Of a DNA stretch of 64,000 bases, positions 17,756-28,312 are shown piece after piece (the first letter of the stretch is position 1; each line of letters opens with the position of its first letter). This stretch comes from a virus. The stretch spans positions 1 through 64,000 of IMG/VR virus record IMGVR_UViG_3300012984_000001; one strand, 5' to 3'. Made by a program: the position numbers and the translations under genes. Under the pieces are notes generated by a model. That model saw only the letters and a list, made by a program, of their open reading frames with translations. It searched no databases and was not told the DNA's origin.

Positions 17756-18444
17756 GATTTAAGATATTCTTCAAAATCTCTAAACAAGGTCAATCCCATT
17801 ATGTCTTGTCTGGAAGCCTCAAAAGCAATTTTCAAATCTTCTTGGGAATATATTTTTCTTTTTTCGACAGGAATTTCGTTGAGTACTTTTGCATTGAAGT
17901 ATTTTGACATTTCTTTCACTTCTTCCAAAAACCTTTCCTGTTCGTCTTCTCGACTTCTTCCAAGATATTCTACAACATATTTTAGTACAGGATTTGCTTT
18001 AGGTTGAGTAATACTTTTCAAGTCTTCTTTCGTCAATCCTGTAGATTTATCATTATATGCTTTCTCTATTGACTCAATTACTTCTGGAGTAACTTTTATT
18101 TTAGGAAAATCGAGATTTGCTATGCGTCTATTTATAGGTGTATTTTTAACTTTACACACTCCATCTTTAAAAATTAAATATTCAGAATCTATTGAATCGA
18201 CTCCTGTTCCTAAATTTGAAGGGTTAGATTCTTTACATAAATTAGGGAATAATGTAAAAAACTCTATCGCTTTAGGGTCTGAGGTTTTAAAAGTTCCATC
18301 GTTAAAAGCGATAGTATTATTTTCTTCGAAAAAATCCACTTCCAATTGATTCAAGAAGCAATCCATTAAGAAATTCTTTTTTGCTTCTGTGTCTTCTAGC
18401 GAGTTTAGATAAGCGATTTGCTCTTTGTTTATTTTTATTTTCAT
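17743..18444 (-). CDS. Hypothetical protein
   Basis: 233-aa ORF in the minus-strand operon. Confidence 0.6.
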   Translation of the reverse strand: MKIKINKEQIAYLNSLEDTEAKKNFLMDCFLNQLEVDFFEENNTIAFNDGTFKTSDPKAIEFFTLFPNLCKESNPSNLGTGVDSIDSEYLIFKDGVCKVKNTPINRRIANLDFPKIKVTPEVIESIEKAYNDKSTGLTKEDLKSITQPKANPVLKYVVEYLGRSREDEQERFLEEVKEMSKYFNAKVLNEIPVEKRKIYSQEDLKIAFEASRQDIMGLTLFRDFEEYLKSITP

Positions 18445-18449
18445 AAATT

Positions 18450-19225
18450 TTATTTTTTAGGATTTTTTATAGGTAGCCAAGATGAAAAAATATAAAATGA
18501 GTGTTCACTTTTAATTTCACGATAGCCGGATATGTACTCTTCTCCTCCATCTCTTGACCAAATTGGCTCGGACTTTGAAGTTGGAGGAATTTCTTCTATT
18601 TTAAAATTAACTCCTTGGTTTTTCAACATAGTTTCAATTCTGCTAGGATATTCCTTAGAGACTAAACCAACAGTTTGTTGATTGTTTATTTTCTCCGCAA
18701 TTTCCAAAACCATAGCAAGAGTCATTCCTTTTCTTCTAGGTTGTATTTCCGTTATTTGTGTTTTTTGCTTCATGTTGATAACATATTCTTAAAAATTCGT
18801 TTTCCACTTCTTCGGGAATGGTTCCGATATTGATGCTAAAACCTAGCGGACGGAGTTCCCTCCATTCTATTGAAGAATTGTTTCGGAGGAAGTTTCTCAT
18901 GTCTTTTTGACGCTGTAGTAGTTCTGGAGTTACCGGAACCTTATCCATTGCTTTACGAGGCACTTATTTTATATTTTTCCATAACTACAATCCACGTAGA
19001 ATAATATTCACCATCATTAGTTCCAGATACTTGTTTTAATATCCAACCCTCTTTCATTTTACCCATAATAAATTTTGATACATTTCCTGCATCTGATTCA
19101 GAATAAAAATATTTCACAATAAACGTTTTTGGAGTAGATGGCTTAACAGTCATTATGCTAACAGTTGTGGCAGAAACTAAGGTTATTAAGATAATTCCTA
19201 ATGTAAAATAAAATAAGTTTTTCAT
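18450..19225 (-). other. Three small hypothetical genes (18450-18773, 18736-18963, 18953-19225)
   Basis: Tightly packed co-directional ORFs; the last has an N-terminal TM/signal segment. Confidence 0.55.
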
Positions 19226-19244
19226 AATTTATATAGTTTAGTTT

Positions 19245-19460
19245 TTAAAATAAATCAATTTGAACATTTGTTTGTTTTTTACTCTCGATAACTTCTATTC
19301 TTTCAGGATAAACTCGAATGTAATTATTGATGTTTATAACGAGTTGGCCTGTGAAGTTTTCACCATCAAGGCCAATATCCAGAAACTTTAGAATTTGGTT
19401 TCCGTCTTCATTGTAAAGAATGTTTTTCTTTCGATGATAGGTTTGTTCTGGATTTAACAT
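19245..19460 (-). CDS. Small protein ending in clamp-binding-like motif QIDLF
   Basis: C-terminal QxxLF; immediately downstream of the clamp gene. Confidence 0.55.
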   Translation of the reverse strand: MLNPEQTYHRKKNILYNEDGNQILKFLDIGLDGENFTGQLVININNYIRVYPERIEVIESKKQTNVQIDLF

Positions 19461-19462
19461 CT

Positions 19463-20548
19463 CTAAGAAACTATCATTGGAGAAAGCAAAACTCTAGTAT
19501 GAGTTTCTTCTAATAAAGCAGGAGTTTTTGAGGTGTTGAAATACATTACAATATCCTCTTCCAAAGTAGCTGAAATATTTCTCAATTGATTAATATTCAA
19601 TCCAATTCTAATTTCGTTTCCTTCGTACTCAAAATCTGTTACATTCTCTTTTGCTGTGTGTTTCAGAAAATCATTTTCATAGGATAAAATCATTTTTTCT
19701 TTAGAAATTTCCATAATCAAAGACTTGCTGTCCTTATCAGAAATAGCTGAAAATCGCTTAATACAAGCAAAAAACAATTCTTTGTTTATTTTAAGGCAAG
19801 ACTCTTTTTTGATGGAGTTCAGCAATTTTCCATAGTCTGGGGAGTTTACTGATAACTGCAAAGTTTCTATCGAAATATTATCAAAATAAACACAAAAGAA
19901 ATTGCTATTGTATTTCAGTGTTACGTCTGAATCGACATTGATAGTTTGGCTGATAAATTTTGCCGATTCCGTTGTAAGCAAAATCTCTACATCATCTCCA
20001 TTGTAGTCGAATTTCTTTTCATAGATAGCGTTTTTACTTATTCCAGCAATATTTAGTTTTCCTTCTTTTGATTTTACTACAACACGATTAAGATTATCTG
20101 TCAAAGCATCTACATACGGAATTGCTTTTCTGATTCCATCAACAAAAAGTTCTGAATCTACTTTGAATGATTCCAAGTTTCCTAAATTTGGACTTTCTGG
20201 AAAAATTATCGCTTCTTCTGTAGGCAGTTTGTAATCTCCAAGTTTTGATGAAATTTCAAGTGTATTCTTTTCAAAACTAAGCGACAAATCAATATTAGGC
20301 AAACTAGACAAAATGTTTTGCAAAAGCGATTTTGATACGCAAAAAGCGAAAGATTCAGTGCTGTCCACCTTCATGGTTATGCTTGTCCTAGTTTCTTGAT
20401 TGTAGGCTGTTATTTTAAGCTCAGTTTCCTTCACTTCAATAAGTAGGTTGGTCAAAATAGGTAGTGTGGTCCTTTCTTTTACAACCGGAGAAACTACATT
20501 CATAGATTTTAAAAACTCTATGCTGTTTACTGTTATCGTTTTTTTCAT
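19463..20548 (-). CDS. dnaN: DNA polymerase III beta sliding clamp
   Basis: 361 aa; TLPILTNLLI N-terminal motif, PDY, and C-terminal LLSPM as in DnaN. Confidence 0.9.
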   Translation of the reverse strand: MKKTITVNSIEFLKSMNVVSPVVKERTTLPILTNLLIEVKETELKITAYNQETRTSITMKVDSTESFAFCVSKSLLQNILSSLPNIDLSLSFEKNTLEISSKLGDYKLPTEEAIIFPESPNLGNLESFKVDSELFVDGIRKAIPYVDALTDNLNRVVVKSKEGKLNIAGISKNAIYEKKFDYNGDDVEILLTTESAKFISQTINVDSDVTLKYNSNFFCVYFDNISIETLQLSVNSPDYGKLLNSIKKESCLKINKELFFACIKRFSAISDKDSKSLIMEISKEKMILSYENDFLKHTAKENVTDFEYEGNEIRIGLNINQLRNISATLEEDIVMYFNTSKTPALLEETHTRVLLSPMIVS

Positions 20549-20862
20549 TATGATATTTGTTTGTCGATGAATTTTTCTAGTTTGTCTAATCCAATTAAAG
20601 ATAAATTATCAAATAGTTTCTCTAAAACTAGGTCACTAACGATGCTTCTATTGTAGCCAGCAGGATATTCAAAACGAACTTCTGATTCTGTTTCTTGTAT
20701 TGTTTCGATCAAAGCTAATTTTTCTTCTTTTAAATCGTCAATTTTACTTTCAAGCATTGCTATAGAATCTGATTGCTCTTCGACGAACTCTATAATTGAT
20801 TCTGTGTCAACATCAAATTCATCATGAATATAATTTAATTGCTCTAATACTTGGTCTTTCAT
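20548..20862 (-). CDS. Hypothetical acidic coiled-coil protein
   Basis: 104-aa ORF, translationally coupled. Confidence 0.55.
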   Translation of the reverse strand: MKDQVLEQLNYIHDEFDVDTESIIEFVEEQSDSIAMLESKIDDLKEEKLALIETIQETESEVRFEYPAGYNRSIVSDLVLEKLFDNLSLIGLDKLEKFIDKQIS

Positions 20863-20867
20863 TTTAT

Positions 20868-21158
20868 TTAGTTTTTTATGTTAGTTAATTTTGAGTATAA
20901 GTCAATCGCTTTTTGTTTCTCTTCTTCTGGAAGTTTATGAAGAGTATAGGTGTAGGTATTTCCGAATTTATTTTGCTCAGTCTTAAATTCTTTTTCAAGA
21001 CCTATTCCATGTGTTAAAACTAATTCAGAAACTCTTGTCCGATACCCTGCTAAATATGGAAATGTAAAAAGTGATATTTCGCCATATAAAATAAGTTGAA
21101 GAAGTACTTCTTGAGTATTTGTTTTCGGTGCGGTATAACCTTGTATTTGTGGTTTCAT
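20868..21158 (-). CDS. Putative winged-HTH protein
   Basis: RTRVSEL..HG helix followed by a beta-hairpin. Confidence 0.45.
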   Translation of the reverse strand: MKPQIQGYTAPKTNTQEVLLQLILYGEISLFTFPYLAGYRTRVSELVLTHGIGLEKEFKTEQNKFGNTYTYTLHKLPEEEKQKAIDLYSKLTNIKN

Positions 21159-21161
21159 AAT

Positions 21162-21653
21162 TTAGTAAGTTATAGTTAATTCTATTCTAGCATCAAATAA
21201 TTCTTTTATTTCTACAAATCGACAAGTTTTTTCTTTTATGAATTGAACAGTATCTTGTTTAATCACATTATCTAAAACTAAAGTGTCATTTCCTATTTTG
21301 GTCCATAAATCGGCTAGGTTATCTAAATCCCAAGATGGAGAATAATCTTTTTTTGGTGGGTTCCAAGATATTCCATTTTTAGTTCTCCTCACGTCTCCAT
21401 GATTAAGAACTGTATGAAATTCATAAAGAAGTTTTATGTTTCTGGAATCAATATTCAAACCTTTAAATTTAGGCTCAATATTATCCGAGAAATGTTCATG
21501 CAAATATTCAACAACTATTGCCCTAGAAAAATGATTCAAATTTCCATTGTAAATGGCTTGATTGTTTATTTTCATGTATTTGTCAGACTTTATTTTGTTT
21601 TTAGTCTTTCGCACATGAGTCAATAACGGAATTATTAGTTTTATTTCATTCAT
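21162..21653 (-). CDS. RusA-like Holliday junction resolvase
   Basis: DLDN....K...D.L.....I.QD catalytic pattern. Confidence 0.7.
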   Translation of the reverse strand: MNEIKLIIPLLTHVRKTKNKIKSDKYMKINNQAIYNGNLNHFSRAIVVEYLHEHFSDNIEPKFKGLNIDSRNIKLLYEFHTVLNHGDVRRTKNGISWNPPKKDYSPSWDLDNLADLWTKIGNDTLVLDNVIKQDTVQFIKEKTCRFVEIKELFDARIELTITY

Positions 21654-22053
21654 TTGATAGTCTGTTTAGTGAATAACCATTTTCTTTTGCCCACTCAGGA
21701 TGCTCTTCGACATATTTATGCCCTTCACGAGACAAAGCAACCCAATACCGTTCATCTAAGAATAAAGAACCAATGCGGCCCTTTTTATGATGTATGTCAG
21801 TTGTTGGCTTTTTTGTTATAGGGCAAATTTTGTTTTCTGGCTTTCCAAGAAAAATAATTCTCTGTGATTGGTATTTTAAATTTTCTAAAGTCCGTTTATC
21901 TGAAACCTTTTTAATAGGAGTTGGCTTAAAAACCCTCTTTTTAGATTCAAGGCTTAGATATACTTTTTCAGCTTGTTTACACTCTGTTTCATTGCAATAT
22001 TTCTGCAGAAAAAAGCTTGGAGTGAATTTTTGTTTACAATTCAAGCAACGCAT
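21646..22053 (-). CDS. NinG/Rap-like recombination nuclease (Zn finger plus HNH-like)
   Basis: RCLNCKQKFTP..QKYC..EC and DIHH..H motifs. Confidence 0.65.
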   Translation of the reverse strand: MRCLNCKQKFTPSFFLQKYCNETECKQAEKVYLSLESKKRVFKPTPIKKVSDKRTLENLKYQSQRIIFLGKPENKICPITKKPTTDIHHKKGRIGSLFLDERYWVALSREGHKYVEEHPEWAKENGYSLNRLSNE

Positions 22054-22594
22054 ATTGGTCTTCGATTTTAGTTTTTGGAAAGAAAAATTGAGTATTGAAA
22101 ATAGTTTCTCGTGTGTAACCTTTTTGCATTTGCAGAACTACGGTTTGTATTCTTGCATAGTCAAAAGTTTTTCTCGGAAGCGGAGTTACTGATATCAGAC
22201 CAAACTGTTTCAATTTACGCATACGAGCATCGGAATCTGAAATTGTAAACCACGGCATCAGCATAATTAAATTATCCGACATTTCCATACACTCATTCAA
22301 AATGTGATAACCAACTGCCATTCCTTTTCTTGGAATAGTTTGCGGAGCATTAGTTAAATCCGCTGATTTTGCACTAAACGGTGGATTTCCTACAATAGCA
22401 TCATAACGATTATTTTTGTCATGTAAAAAATAGTCATTTGGTTCATAAACAGTATATCCTTTATCAACAAGGATGCTTGATATTTGCCGAAGACCTGGAG
22501 TTGGTTCCAGAACACTACTTACCCAATCTGGGAGTAATGATACCATGTATTCTCCAACAAAACTAGGAGTTTGAAAATTAGAGTCTATTATCAT
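22034..22594 (-). CDS. N6-adenine/N4-cytosine DNA methyltransferase
   Basis: LEPTPG motif I and IVGNPPF motif IV. Confidence 0.8.
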   Translation of the reverse strand: MIIDSNFQTPSFVGEYMVSLLPDWVSSVLEPTPGLRQISSILVDKGYTVYEPNDYFLHDKNNRYDAIVGNPPFSAKSADLTNAPQTIPRKGMAVGYHILNECMEMSDNLIMLMPWFTISDSDARMRKLKQFGLISVTPLPRKTFDYARIQTVVLQMQKGYTRETIFNTQFFFPKTKIEDQYALLEL

Positions 22595-22595
22595 A

Positions 22596-23829
22596 TTAAA
22601 CGGTTATTAATTCTTCTTCTAAAACTTCTTTTGAAATCCACGATAATAGATTATCCGCAAATTTAGTATCTAGCTTTCTAAATTTTGTAGAGATAAAAAC
22701 TTGGTCATTTCCATCATCTTCAAATAAATACTCTTCTAACCCCAAAAACAGTACTCCTTCATCAAACTCAAAATAATTAATAGTGACTATTTCATTTAAT
22801 TTTGGTATGTTTGTTCCTTCAAAAACACCTATGCAAACTACTTTTTCTCCTACTTCAAACATGGCTCTACATTTATACCATTAATACTAATTAATTTTAT
22901 TCCGAAAACCCACTTTCTTATTTCTTTGACTTGAAGAAATGCGCCGGATTCTGTTTTGTCTTTTATTTTTACTTTGGCGAATTCTTTTTCAAATTCTCCA
23001 TGCCTGTACCAATATTCAAATTCGTATTCGTTCATAATTAACTATAATTTTCTTCACTATATCCAACAAATAACTCATACTCCAAATTAATGGTAAAACG
23101 CCACCCATATCCCCAATAATCATCTCCATTTTCTGTAGCGTTATTCCCTCCGATACTCCATTCTACAACTACAGTATCTTTTCCAATGTCAACATAATCT
23201 AAAAAACACCCCATATCAGAGTTTGGAACTTCTGCTTCATCAGGAATATTGTCAAATCTAGCGTACATTTCTAAAACATAATCAAAAGGTTCTTCATTTG
23301 ATTTAAGATATTCTATGTAGTCTTCCGCTGTAGGGTAATATTTTAAATGCTCTTTTTTAATTGCTTCGTAAATACCCGAAAAATCAATGTAGTTTATTAA
23401 ATCCATTTTTTTATTTTTTACTTGATAAGTAGTCATTAATAATTTTATTCGCTTTGTATTCGCTTATTTCAAATTCTTTGGCTATCAGCGAAACTCGATT
23501 GTCTTTACTGAATTTCCATCTATCAATTATTTCTTGAATAGTCTTTTCAGTTAAAAAATAAGACTTTGAACCGATTATTGGTCTTTTAGCCATTTTGATT
23601 TTATTTTGTATTTACGAAACTCAACATAAGCATGCTGTTTTTCTCTGCTCATTCTGTTTATCTGCATTATTCGCAACTTCAAAAACTGAATTTCATCCAA
23701 TAACTTAAAAGTCATAACTTGAACTTCAAAATTAGAAAGATACGGGTCATTTTTTATTGTTGGCAGATAATCAATATAACTGTCCATTTGCTTCTGCAAC
23801 TCTGAACCATAATTTAGCCAATTCATCAC
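22596..23829 (-). other. Five small hypothetical genes (22596-22862, 22850-23035, 23038-23436, 23411-23593, 23575-23829)
   Basis: Overlapping or abutting co-directional ORFs. Confidence 0.55.
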
Positions 23830-23841
23830 ATAATGTTTTAT

Positions 23842-24690
23842 TTACTTTCTGAATGAATTCCCCTTGAATTCGATTATGTTAAACATATCGAACATTCTGT
23901 CGTAAACTCGATTGCCATACTTTTCGCCAAATTCTTCAATTGCTATATCAACATCTCCTTCAAATCCTTCTTTGAAATTACAAGTAGCATGAGTAATCAA
24001 TTTTCGGCTGTAGCGTTCTTCAAATATTTCTTTGAATAAATTAACTTTTCCGTAGTTACTAGCAATCTTTTCCGTCTTAACATCATCGAAAAATCGTTTT
24101 CCACGCCACATTCTAGCCTCAAATTCATCTCGATCAATATCGGAGTTGCATTTCTCAAACATATTCACAACTTCATTAGCCGAATAACCTTTGAAAGTAG
24201 TTGATTCTATCTCTTTGAATATATGCTCAAAAACTCGCATGGTCGAAGTTTTTCCGTTTCCGTATGTTCCAACAAGCAAAATACCTTTATCGAAGCTAGG
24301 AACGCTTATTTTTGATAAATTTTCGCATCCAAAGAATCTTTCATCTTTAGAAAAATAATAAATCAAAGGTTCTAAGTTTTTAATAGTAACATTTTCAACT
24401 TTGATAAATGGCCTTTTGTTGATGGTATGAAAATTAAGTTTAAATAAATCATACAGATGTTTTGCAGATATTTTAAACTCAACATCTTCTTTAGGCTGTT
24501 GAATCTTATCAAAATAGTCAAAATTAGCTTTAATCTGTTCTGGAGTAGCCTGAGTAGATTTAGCTTCATAAGATTCAATCTGTTGCTTTTGTTCATCACT
24601 TAAACTTTCTGGCTTCAAACTTTTCAAATGATTATATTTATTTACCCCTATGATTGACGAATTTTGTGGTTGTATTGCTTCCTGTGCCAT
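23842..24690 (-). CDS. P-loop ATPase, DnaC/helicase-loader-like
   Basis: Walker A GTYGNGKTS, Walker B FFDD, YG.RV.DR..M and G.SFRK end. Confidence 0.8.
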   Translation of the reverse strand: MAQEAIQPQNSSIIGVNKYNHLKSLKPESLSDEQKQQIESYEAKSTQATPEQIKANFDYFDKIQQPKEDVEFKISAKHLYDLFKLNFHTINKRPFIKVENVTIKNLEPLIYYFSKDERFFGCENLSKISVPSFDKGILLVGTYGNGKTSTMRVFEHIFKEIESTTFKGYSANEVVNMFEKCNSDIDRDEFEARMWRGKRFFDDVKTEKIASNYGKVNLFKEIFEERYSRKLITHATCNFKEGFEGDVDIAIEEFGEKYGNRVYDRMFDMFNIIEFKGNSFRK

Positions 24691-25435
24691 TTGATTTTGC
24701 TTTATTAATATTATCTACCCATTCTAATTTGAATCCTACCCAATTCTTGTCAAGAGAAATTTTGAGTGCTTCTTCAATAGAGAACTTTCTTTTACCGCAT
24801 TCTTCTACTAACGAATCAAAAGCAGTTTTTCCTAAAGATGCATTTTTTGATATTCGGTGGTTAACAAAATCATTCACCAAAACTTTGTTTGAAACTAATT
24901 TCAGTAATTCACTTTTATAATCAAATTCATTATCATCTTTAATTTCAATTACATCTTCATTTGCATTTTCAATTGCTAAATGCTTAAGCAAGGCTTTAAG
25001 CGAATCTTTAGCACAAACAAGATTTTTAGTTAATTCATAAACTTCTAATACAGTTTTAGATTTTAAAGAATTTCTTAAACTTATATAATCTGAATCATCA
25101 AGAATTGCTTTTGATTTTTTCCAAAACTGCCCTACAGTGCCGTTTACAGATTGTTTTTTAGCATATTCAAGCCTTTCCAGACTAATAGTTTTTAATTTAT
25201 CATTAATCCACCCATTCTCTACTTGCTTAAATTTCGCTTCAAGGGTAGTTTTAAGGGTAGCTTCTGAAATTCCGTTACAATAAAGCAATACTCTTCTTAA
25301 ATCCAAAGGAATTATATCGTTTTGATGCTGATAAATTAAAAGGTCAATGTAACAAGCTCTTTCCTCAGGCAACATAGTTCTCGTGCCTTCATAAAAATCT
25401 TTAGAATAAAATAAAAAAGCGGGGTCTTTACTCAT
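24638..25435 (-). CDS. Replication initiator (YdaU/DUF1376-like)
   Basis: PAFLFYSKDF...EERACYIDLL N-terminus; paired with the loader ATPase. Confidence 0.75.
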   Translation of the reverse strand: MSKDPAFLFYSKDFYEGTRTMLPEERACYIDLLIYQHQNDIIPLDLRRVLLYCNGISEATLKTTLEAKFKQVENGWINDKLKTISLERLEYAKKQSVNGTVGQFWKKSKAILDDSDYISLRNSLKSKTVLEVYELTKNLVCAKDSLKALLKHLAIENANEDVIEIKDDNEFDYKSELLKLVSNKVLVNDFVNHRISKNASLGKTAFDSLVEECGKRKFSIEEALKISLDKNWVGFKLEWVDNINKAKSNGTGSNTTTKFVNHRGK

Positions 25436-25482
25436 TATTCACCATCCTTTCTGTGATTAGTTTTTTTTGCATAGTTTTTATT

Positions 25483-25995
25483 TTAAACTGTTAACTTTTT
25501 TCCACATGTTGCGTTTGGCTTGTCGGTTTTTGTTAAGTTTAGCCTGTTGTTGAGAGCTAATTTCACTTTTTCGCTTATTGGCAATGTTCCAGATAATTCA
25601 TTGCATTTTCGATGCATTAAAACCATATTGTCCAAAGAATTTTTTCCACCAGAAGCCAAAGCTATTAGATGCTCAATAGTTATATCTTCAAACAATTTTA
25701 ATCCACATAAGAAACAAATGTCTCCGTCTCGTTCTAGTAGTTTTCTTTTTTCTTTTCTATATGTAGTTTGTCTTAATTCTTTAATTGGTGCGCCATCCCA
25801 TTTTTCAGAAGGATTTGAAAAACAAAAAAATGCATGTCTTGTATATTGATTAGAAGTTTTTCCCGACGAATAAACTACTCCGGTCTCTTTTCCTTTAAAT
25901 CTGAGTAATTCATACTCGTTTGTGACAGGAAATATTTCGCACCCTCTAGCTTCGAGCCATTTTTTAAAAGATTGTATTTTTGAAGTTGCAATCAT
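25483..25995 (-). CDS. HNH endonuclease
   Basis: CFLCG..TIEHLI..SGG.N..DN.VL.H..CN. Confidence 0.85.
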   Translation of the reverse strand: MIATSKIQSFKKWLEARGCEIFPVTNEYELLRFKGKETGVVYSSGKTSNQYTRHAFFCFSNPSEKWDGAPIKELRQTTYRKEKRKLLERDGDICFLCGLKLFEDITIEHLIALASGGKNSLDNMVLMHRKCNELSGTLPISEKVKLALNNRLNLTKTDKPNATCGKKLTV

Positions 25996-26016
25996 AGTTT
26001 AATATTTTAAATGAAT

Positions 26017-26120
26017 AAACCCTTAAAAGTTTCGAGGTGGTGGCTCTACTCCTTTTAAGGGTTTGAAAAGAATGTCGTTAAATGTAACAAATCCACCACA
26101 GATATTACGTAACAAATATA
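26017..26120 (-). promoter_or_regulatory. Promoter plus structured 5' leader of the replication operon
   Basis: TATATTTG (26113-26120); 13-bp hairpin whose loop CCACCAC is complementary to upstream GTGGTGG. Confidence 0.6.
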
Positions 26121-26158
26121 CATCTAAATTATGTAATACAAAAACATAATTGTGTAAA

Positions 26159-26572
26159 TCATATTAATCTTCTTAATTCGCTTAAAATTTTGTCCTTATT
26201 TTTTTGATATAACGCATAGTTTCTTTTAGAAGGATGTATTAAAAAAGTAATGGGTTTTTCAATTTTCATAAGAGACAAATACTCCTTAGCGACATTACCT
26301 AAAACGATAATTGATTTACAATTTTCTACTTTTTCTTTTAAAGAAAGAGTCCAATACTCTACAAACATTTCCCAACTAGGTTTTTTATGTCCTCCGTTTT
26401 TATCGAATCCTGGAAATTGGTCTGTTACAGCATCAAAAGTAAATAGTTCCTGTGCTTTTTCTTTTGAAATTCCTATTTCTGAAAACCATTCATAAAGCAT
26501 TGTTGTATCGTATGGTAATTTTTGCTGTACTGCAGGAGGGGCTTGTCCTATAATTAAAATTTTAGTGTTCAT
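26159..26572 (-). CDS. Uracil-DNA glycosylase superfamily protein
   Basis: ILIIGQAPP and LIHPS..N motifs. Confidence 0.75.
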   Translation of the reverse strand: MNTKILIIGQAPPAVQQKLPYDTTMLYEWFSEIGISKEKAQELFTFDAVTDQFPGFDKNGGHKKPSWEMFVEYWTLSLKEKVENCKSIIVLGNVAKEYLSLMKIEKPITFLIHPSKRNYALYQKNKDKILSELRRLI

Positions 26573-27512
26573 TTATCAAGTCTTTTTTATATTTAGATTC
26601 TCCGATTTTAACCGAATGCGTTCTCCAAGTTTTTACATTATGCTCTTTAACTGGTAAAACTAATATTTTTATCTTGTTACTAGTTTTCATTTCTTTTATT
26701 AGTTCGGTTAAATCATTCAGCGTTAATTCAATCCCTACTCTTCCAGATGGTAAATCTAATAGATTTCCATATCCAATATATCGTTCTGTGTTATCCATTT
26801 TTAAATGTAGTTTTTGCACCTTCTAAAACAGTTGGCTCGTAGCCTAATCTTTTTTTAGTGGATTTGAAACAAGCAACCCAAATATTATCTAAAAAATCTT
26901 CTTTTATAAATTCTACAGAAGCATGTGCTAAATGTAAAACTCCTTTAAAACCCACTTTTATATATTGTTTTTTAGGTAGTTTTACACAAAACAATAATTC
27001 TGAATTCGGAGCCTGTCTAGTTTTAACATGACTTTCTGGTCCAAAATATTGAACCCAACTCACTCCGTTTTCACCTTTGTATCTTAATCCAGTTGACTCT
27101 TTAGAAGTAATATCTAAATACATTCCGTTTTCTAATGCCCAATTTAAAACTTCTTCTTTTGATTTATTTTCAAAAACATAAGAAACTATAAAAGCATTTT
27201 CTGGAATAATTAGTTTTTCTGGATTAAAAACCCTCCTCCATCCAACTCTGTCAGGATTTTTCGCCATTATAGAAGCAAAAACACACCCAGTTTTTCCAGA
27301 CTTTATGAATTTTAAATTTTTATCTTCCATTATTGAGTTAATTTAGTTAGTTCTAGTTTCAAATCTAGCGCACCACGTTTTATCGCGCCAGTTTCTTTAC
27401 AGCCTCTGAGTATCCAATCACCATCGACTTCTATTCTTTGCTTTAAAAGTTTCAGTCGTTTTTCGAATCTTTTTATTTCGAATTCTACGTCAAGTATGTC
27501 TTCTAGTGTCAT
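26562..27512 (-). other. Three hypothetical genes (26562-26819, 26791-27330, 27330-27512)
   Basis: Coupled ORFs; 26791-27330 has a CVFA motif. Confidence 0.55.
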
Positions 27513-27517
27513 AATTC

Positions 27518-27865
27518 CTAGTTTTCAGAGTGAATATTACCTATTACTTCAATATCATTTCCTAATTCATCTAGGAATAATTCTTCGCCATCTTCTGGAT
27601 GTTTATAAATTGACATAAAAGCACCTTCTTTAAACTCAATATAAGAACAGTATCCAGGAGCACTTCTAATCCAATCTCCTTCGTAAATTTCAGTTCCGTT
27701 TTTATCTTTTAAGCCTATGAATTGTCCAATAGTTTCTGGAATTGCAAAATAAGTGTCTTGACCGTCCTCAGTAGTTATATAATAAGTACCCGAAAAGTCT
27801 TTTGATAAATATCCTTTATTCCATTGTCCGGTTTTATCTTTTGCTCTAAATTTAATTTCTCTCAT
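27518..27865 (-). CDS. YopX family protein
   Basis: MREIKFRA, GQFIGLKDKNG.EIYEGD, IEVIGNIH; true start at 27865. Confidence 0.9.
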   Translation of the reverse strand: MREIKFRAKDKTGQWNKGYLSKDFSGTYYITTEDGQDTYFAIPETIGQFIGLKDKNGTEIYEGDWIRSAPGYCSYIEFKEGAFMSIYKHPEDGEELFLDELGNDIEVIGNIHSEN

Positions 27866-27875
27866 ATTTTTAGTT

Positions 27876-28301
27876 TTAATCGTTACTTGAATAATCACTA
27901 CTGCTTCCAGAATCATAGCTTGATGAATCTGAACTCCCCCAATCTCCACCGGAACCGCCTCCAGAATAACCTCCACCGCCAAAACCTCCATCAAATCCAT
28001 TTGAATGAGAGTGACTGTCTGAATCGTATGAATCAATTCCAGAAATATGCGACTGCGAAGGAGAATCATCAAAAATCGTACTTGCAATACCAGCGGTTAT
28101 TATATCGTCGATAATTGTAGAATCTATTCGTCTTACTCTTTCTACTTCATCGTGAGGAGATTCGTAAGGAGGTAGTTTTCTAATAATTCTGCCTTTACTT
28201 TTTTCCAATGCTTTTTGATAACTTGGATGTAATACATCAGACGTAATTTGTGTTGTTTCTTTTTTAGATTTAAAGAATGGAAACCATTTAAATATATTCA
28301 T
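27876..28301 (-). CDS. Protein with Gly/Ser/Asp-rich low-complexity C-terminus
   Basis: FGGGGYSGGGSGGDW tail. Confidence 0.65.
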   Translation of the reverse strand: MNIFKWFPFFKSKKETTQITSDVLHPSYQKALEKSKGRIIRKLPPYESPHDEVERVRRIDSTIIDDIITAGIASTIFDDSPSQSHISGIDSYDSDSHSHSNGFDGGFGGGGYSGGGSGGDWGSSDSSSYDSGSSSDYSSND

Positions 28302-28312
28302 AGCTTCAAGTT

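Noticed and set aside
27518-28087. 189-aa extended YopX ORF
   Set aside because: The extension is an alternative frame of the upstream Gly/Ser-rich gene; YopX starts at 27865
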